A stretch of 64,000 nucleotides of DNA from an uncultured Chloroflexia bacterium (GTDB lineage Bacteria; Chloroflexota; Limnocylindria; Limnocylindrales; CSP1-4): NCBI GenBank assembly GCA_963820735.1, contig CAWGBA010000008.1, forward strand, positions 5,326-69,325, written 5' to 3'. The position numbers and the translations under genes were made by a program. Numbering within the stretch: position 1 is the first letter of the stretch; each line of letters opens with the position of its first letter. A model generated the notes under the pieces. It was not told the origin of the DNA. It did not search any database and saw only the letters and a program-made list of their open reading frames with translations. This document shows positions 59,545 through 64,000 of this stretch, piece after piece.

Positions 59545-59760
59545 GTGCTGGACGTCCGGCTCGACGATCGGTTGGTGCTGCGAAAGCCGCACCCCTGCGG
59601 TGGTGTCATCTGGACGGTCGTACGACTGGGCGCTGACATCGGCATCCGCTGTGAGACCTGCGGCCGCCGCGTGCTGATGCCGCGCAGCGAGCTGGAAGGG
59701 CGCGTCCGCAGCGTTCAACGTCAGACCGCCGAAAGCGCACCGCCCGAGGGACACTCATGA
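59545..59760 (+). CDS. DUF951 family protein
   Basis: LRKPHPCGG..W.V.R.GADIGIRC..CGRRVLMPR. Confidence 0.9.
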   Translation: MLDVRLDDRLVLRKPHPCGGVIWTVVRLGADIGIRCETCGRRVLMPRSELEGRVRSVQRQTAESAPPEGHS

Positions 59761-61373
59761 GCCAGGCGGCAAGCGCGGAGTTCCAGTCGGCGGGCGGCCT
59801 GCCGCGAAACGTCCTCGCGAACCCGCGCTTCTTTGCCCTGTACTTGTCGCAGATCCTGACCCAGGTCGGCGGCAACATGGTCCTCTACGGGCTCACCGTG
59901 ACCGTGACGGTGCTGACCGGCCAAGCGTCGTCCACGGGACTGCTGCTCCTGACGTTCCTCGTCCCGGCGGTGCTCTTCGGCGCCGTTGCCGGCGTGTACA
60001 GCGACCAGTACGATCGCCGGCGGATCCTGATCGCCTGCAACATCGCACGCGGCATCTGCTTCGTCGCGCTGCTGTTCACGGGCAACAACATCCTGGCCCT
60101 CTACCTGCTGGTGGCGATCGTGGCCACGCTGACGACATTCTTCGGGCCCGCGGAAGCGGCGATGATCCCGAGCGTCGTCGATCGCGAGCAGCTGATGCAG
60201 GCGAACGGCCTCTTCGTCTTCACGTTGCAGGCATCCTTCGTCGTCGGTTTCGCGGTCCTTGGACCGCTCTTCCTGCGCCTGCTCGGCCCGCAGCTCCTCA
60301 TCGTGGTGGTTGCCGGCTGCTACCTGATTGCCGCGGGACTCTGCTGGTCCCTGCCACCGTCGCCGCCGGCCGATCCGGTCGCCGGCGGCCTCGGCCTCGC
60401 GCGCCGGGCATTGGTCGCCACGGCCGACCAGCTGATCGAAGGTGTCGGCTACATCCGCGACCACCGATCGATCTCCTGGTCGCTGGCCTACCTTGCGATC
60501 ACCGCCTCGCTGATCGGCGTGCTCGGCACGCTCGGCCCGACCTTTGCGGTCAAGGTGCTGGGTTTGTCCGAACAGGACTTCGTGGTGGTCGTCCTGCCGC
60601 TCGCAGCCGGGCTGGTCGTCGGCATCCTGACCCTCAACGTCTACGGCAAGTACGCCCAGCGCCGCCGCCTGATCGAAGGCGGGTTGCTGACCCTGGGAAT
60701 CTCGCTCGCGATTCTTGGCTTCGCCCAGCGCGTCCAGTTCATCAAGGACGGCAGCGGCGCGCTCTCGCTGCTGACGGTCGTGATGGCGGTCGCGTTCACC
60801 GCTGGTATCGCCTATTCATTTGTCGCGGTGCCCGCCCAGACCCAGCTCCAGGAGGAGTTGCCGACCGAGGTCCGCGGCCGCGTCTTCGGCGTGCTCAATA
60901 CGCTGGTGAGCCTCGCGAGCTTCCTGCCGATCGTCATCGTGAGCGCTGTCGCCGACGCCATCGGAACGCCCGCCGTGATCGTCATTTCGGCGATCATCGT
61001 GCTTTCCCTCGGCGTCGCCTCGGTCCTGTGGGCGCATCCGATGGGCGCGATTGGGACTCCCGGCCACCTCGAGCAGCCGGTCGACCCCGTCGCGCTGGCG
61101 GTCAGCGCGGGCTCCACCATCACGCGGCCCGTGCGCCTCAAGCCGCGTCCCGACGGCGGGAATGCGATGGGTGAGATCGTCCTGGTCGACGACGCCAGCC
61201 GGCAGCTCGCTCAGCTGGCCAGACGAGAGCGCAGCAATGGCAGGAACGGGGGCAACGGCGCCGGTGAAGGGCCCGTACCCGCGACCGACGCGCACACGGA
61301 ATTGCCGGCGCATACACCCGTCGCGAGCCCGATCGGAGCGGAGCCCACGTCCAAGCCACCCGTCACGGACTGA
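59757..61373 (+). CDS. MFS transporter
   Basis: AGVYSDQYDRRR, FFGPAEAAMIP, RGRVFG; 12 TM helices. Confidence 0.92.
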   Translation: MSQAASAEFQSAGGLPRNVLANPRFFALYLSQILTQVGGNMVLYGLTVTVTVLTGQASSTGLLLLTFLVPAVLFGAVAGVYSDQYDRRRILIACNIARGICFVALLFTGNNILALYLLVAIVATLTTFFGPAEAAMIPSVVDREQLMQANGLFVFTLQASFVVGFAVLGPLFLRLLGPQLLIVVVAGCYLIAAGLCWSLPPSPPADPVAGGLGLARRALVATADQLIEGVGYIRDHRSISWSLAYLAITASLIGVLGTLGPTFAVKVLGLSEQDFVVVVLPLAAGLVVGILTLNVYGKYAQRRRLIEGGLLTLGISLAILGFAQRVQFIKDGSGALSLLTVVMAVAFTAGIAYSFVAVPAQTQLQEELPTEVRGRVFGVLNTLVSLASFLPIVIVSAVADAIGTPAVIVISAIIVLSLGVASVLWAHPMGAIGTPGHLEQPVDPVALAVSAGSTITRPVRLKPRPDGGNAMGEIVLVDDASRQLAQLARRERSNGRNGGNGAGEGPVPATDAHTELPAHTPVASPIGAEPTSKPPVTD

Positions 61374-61376
61374 CCC

Positions 61377-62372
61377 GTGACTCGGGTCGCGGTCGTGTTC
61401 ACCGGCGGCACGATCTCGATGCGCCTCGACGAGCGCGGAGCGGCCGTACCGACGCTGCGCGGGGCGGAGATCCTCGCGCGCACGCCGGGACTGGATGCCA
61501 TCGCCGATGTCGAACCGATCGATTGGGGCCTCGTCCCGGCATCGCATCTGTCGCTCGACCAAGTGCTGGATCTCGCGCGGATTCTCGGGTCGACGCTGGC
61601 CAGATCGGACATCGACGGGGCCGTCGTGGTGCAGGGGACCGACACGATCGAGGAGACCGCGTTCGCCTGGGATCTCCTGAGCGGCTCCGCGAAGCCGATC
61701 GTGGTGACCGGTGCGATGCGCAACGCGGACCAGCCCGACTACGAGGGCCCCGGAAACCTCCGTTCCGCGGTGGCCGTCGCGGCAAGCGAGGCGGCGCGCG
61801 GCCTCGGTGCCCTGGTGGTAATGGGAGACGGCGCGATCCTGCCCGGCGACGACGCACGAAAGATGCACACGCAGGCAATCGACGCCTTCAGCGCCCCGAA
61901 CCTCGCGCCCGTTGGCCGCGTCGGCAGAGCGAGCACGGTGGCGATTGGCATGGGCGCGGCGGAGATGCGGTCGAAACGGCGCCGGCTGGCCATCATCCCC
62001 GAGCACGCTGCGGAGCCGGTCCTGATCGTTGCGGCCTGGATGGGCTCGTCCGGCGACCTGCTCCGCGCGGCAATCGGTCTCGACCCAGCCGGGGTCGTCG
62101 TCGCTGCCACCGGTGCGGGAAACACCCATCCCGACCTGCTGGCAGCGGCGAAGGAGGCCATCGCCGCCGGCATTCCCGTCGCCCTTGCATCGCGCGCTCC
62201 CGTTGGCACGACTTCCGCCGGATACGGGTTCCCGGGTGGTAGCGCGACCTGGGTCGCCGCCGGTGCCCTGCCCACCGGCTGGCTCGGACCGGCCAAGGCC
62301 AGGATTGGGCTGGCGTTGGGACTCGGCGCCGGGCTCCGGGGCGTGAGCCTCGCCAGGTTGCTCGAGGGCTGA
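61377..62372 (+). CDS. L-asparaginase
   Basis: FTGGTIS, QGTDTIEETA, TGAMR, RKMHT. Confidence 0.93.
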   Translation: MTRVAVVFTGGTISMRLDERGAAVPTLRGAEILARTPGLDAIADVEPIDWGLVPASHLSLDQVLDLARILGSTLARSDIDGAVVVQGTDTIEETAFAWDLLSGSAKPIVVTGAMRNADQPDYEGPGNLRSAVAVAASEAARGLGALVVMGDGAILPGDDARKMHTQAIDAFSAPNLAPVGRVGRASTVAIGMGAAEMRSKRRRLAIIPEHAAEPVLIVAAWMGSSGDLLRAAIGLDPAGVVVAATGAGNTHPDLLAAAKEAIAAGIPVALASRAPVGTTSAGYGFPGGSATWVAAGALPTGWLGPAKARIGLALGLGAGLRGVSLARLLEG

Positions 62373-62405
62373 GGGCGCCTTCCGTTGCACCGCGTGGCAG
62401 AAGGG

Positions 62406-64000
62406 ATGGATCGCGCGCCCGCCCCGGCCGAGTGGCTGATCACCGGCCGCATCGCCACGCTGTCGGGCGAGGCCGGCTTCGGCTGGGCCGAGTCCGTCGC
62501 CATCGATCATGGTGTCGTCGTCGGGGTCGGACGTGCCACGGACGTCGCGCGGTTCCGGGGAGCGCGTACCCGGCACTGGGCGCTCCCGGATACGCAGGTC
62601 GTCATGCCTGGCATCACCGACGCGCACCTGCACCTGGTCTCGGCATCGCTCGCCGCGTCGCAACTGGACCTCGGGGGAGCGAAGAGTCTCGAGGACGCGC
62701 TCGGCGCCCTGGCTGATGCGCACCGCTCGCGCACGGACAGCGGCGACGCCGACGGCTGGTTGCTCGGACACGGCTGGTCGATGGATCTGTTTGGAGGGTG
62801 GCCGACAGCCGAGGATCTCGATCGCGTCTGCCCCGACCGGCCGGTCGCACTCTGGGCACACGACCACCATGCGCGCTGGGTCAGCGTGGCGGCGCTGGCA
62901 CGTGCCGGGATCACGGCATCGACGCCCGATCCCGAGGGCGGTTCGATTCGACGCGACGCGGGCGGACGTCCGACGGGGGTCCTGCACGAGCACGCCGCCA
63001 CGCTCGTGGATGGCGCGATTCCGCGGCCCGACGCCGAGGCAGTCGCGGAGGCGATCGTCGGGTACGCGCCGGTCCTGCACGCACTCGGCGTCACGGGCGC
63101 TCATGACCCAGGCGAGCTGCTGGACGACCCCAACGCCGCGGCTGGGCCATGGCTCTTCGCCGAGATGGCCGCAGACGGCCGCCTCCCGCTGCGGGTTGCC
63201 GGCTCGATCCGTGAGGGCCAGCTTGGCCGTGCGATCGACTGGGGAATGCGCAGCGGCCGCAGGGTCGGTCGCTACCGTGACGGCTGGCTGAAGCTGTTCG
63301 CCGACGGCTCGCTCGGTTCGCGCAGCGCCGCGCTGCTCGAGCCGTACGAACGTAACGATCCCGGCGGACCGCCGGTCGGAGGGCCGAGGGGCATGCTCCT
63401 GCAGCCCGCAGACGTCCTTCGCGACCTCGCTTCGCGCGCGGCCGCGGCGAACATCGCGGTGCAGATCCACGGGATCGGCGACGCCGCCGTCCGGGTGGCA
63501 CTGGACACCCTGGCGCAGATCCCTGTGCATCCCGACGGCGTCCACCATCGCGTCGAGCACGCGCAGCTCGTCCACCCGGACGATGTGCCACGTTTTGCCG
63601 AACTGGGAATCGTGGCGTCCGTCCAACCCTGCCATCGACTCAGCGACGCCCCAGCGCAGCGGTCCGCATGGGGAGAGCGCGCGACCTGGACGTTCCCATT
63701 GCGTGGCCTCGACAACACGGGCGCCTTGATCGCGTTGGGGACCGACGCGCCCGTGGAATTGCCCGACCCATGGCGAAACCTTGCGGCAGCGATCGGAGCC
63801 GCGGATGCATCCGTCGAGCAGGTCCTGCCGCTGTCTCGGGCCATCCGGGCAGCGACCGTCGATCCGGCACGCTCCATCGGCTCGAAGCTCGAAGGGCGCC
63901 TGGTTCCCGGCTCACCCGCCGACCTGATCGTCGTGCCGGCCGATCCGTTCCGCGACCCGGCACCGAACCCGGGCTCGTTCTTCGGCCTTCACGTCCTGGC
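62406..64000 (+). CDS. Amidohydrolase (YtcJ-like), runs off the window end
   Basis: Manual translation VVMPGITDAHLHL, KLFADGSLGSRSA, HGIGD, RVEHAQ, FGTD-like motif LGTDAPVE. Confidence 0.9.
   Translation, partial: MDRAPAPAEWLITGRIATLSGEAGFGWAESVAIDHGVVVGVGRATDVARFRGARTRHWALPDTQVVMPGITDAHLHLVSASLAASQLDLGGAKSLEDALGALADAHRSRTDSGDADGWLLGHGWSMDLFGGWPTAEDLDRVCPDRPVALWAHDHHARWVSVAALARAGITASTPDPEGGSIRRDAGGRPTGVLHEHAATLVDGAIPRPDAEAVAEAIVGYAPVLHALGVTGAHDPGELLDDPNAAAGPWLFAEMAADGRLPLRVAGSIREGQLGRAIDWGMRSGRRVGRYRDGWLKLFADGSLGSRSAALLEPYERNDPGGPPVGGPRGMLLQPADVLRDLASRAAAANIAVQIHGIGDAAVRVALDTLAQIPVHPDGVHHRVEHAQLVHPDDVPRFAELGIVASVQPCHRLSDAPAQRSAWGERATWTFPLRGLDNTGALIALGTDAPVELPDPWRNLAAAIGAADASVEQVLPLSRAIRAATVDPARSIGSKLEGRLVPGSPADLIVVPADPFRDPAPNPGSFFGLHVL

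Overview
High-GC bacterial DNA. Gene content (many ECF sigma/anti-sigma pairs, secreted proteins with SPSPS linkers, DUF951, peptidase MA) suggests Chloroflexota, possibly Limnocylindria-like; this is inference. About 1-48 kb is accessory-type: four ECF sigma/anti-sigma pairs, three intact toxin-antitoxin (TA) pairs plus a truncated PIN toxin, many secreted beta-propeller proteins (TolB/PD40, Vgb-like, PQQ-like, NHL), three Tat-signal Gly-rich paralogs, an S53 protease, aquaporin, MscS, a vanadium-haloperoxidase/PAP2-like protein, and MMPL with a two-component system. About 48-64 kb looks more housekeeping: tldD/pmbA, DoxX, a Lia/Psp-like cluster, an OppA-like protein, peptidase MA, DUF951, MFS, asparaginase and an amidohydrolase. 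The most striking unexplained structure is five co-oriented ~70-nt repeats (619, 1496, 4252, 16375, 18729). Each joins a conserved non-tRNA arm to the T-loop and 3' acceptor end of a tRNA, and together they delimit integrase-less cargo units (TA only, ECF/anti-sigma only, etc.). On the opposite strand the arm shows mostly silent variation in a frame reading AQDDPLAWYAA-stop, an ssrA-like tail. No integrase, transposase, reverse transcriptase, CRISPR array, rRNA or intact tRNA was found. Several frameshifts look like sequencing or assembly indels.
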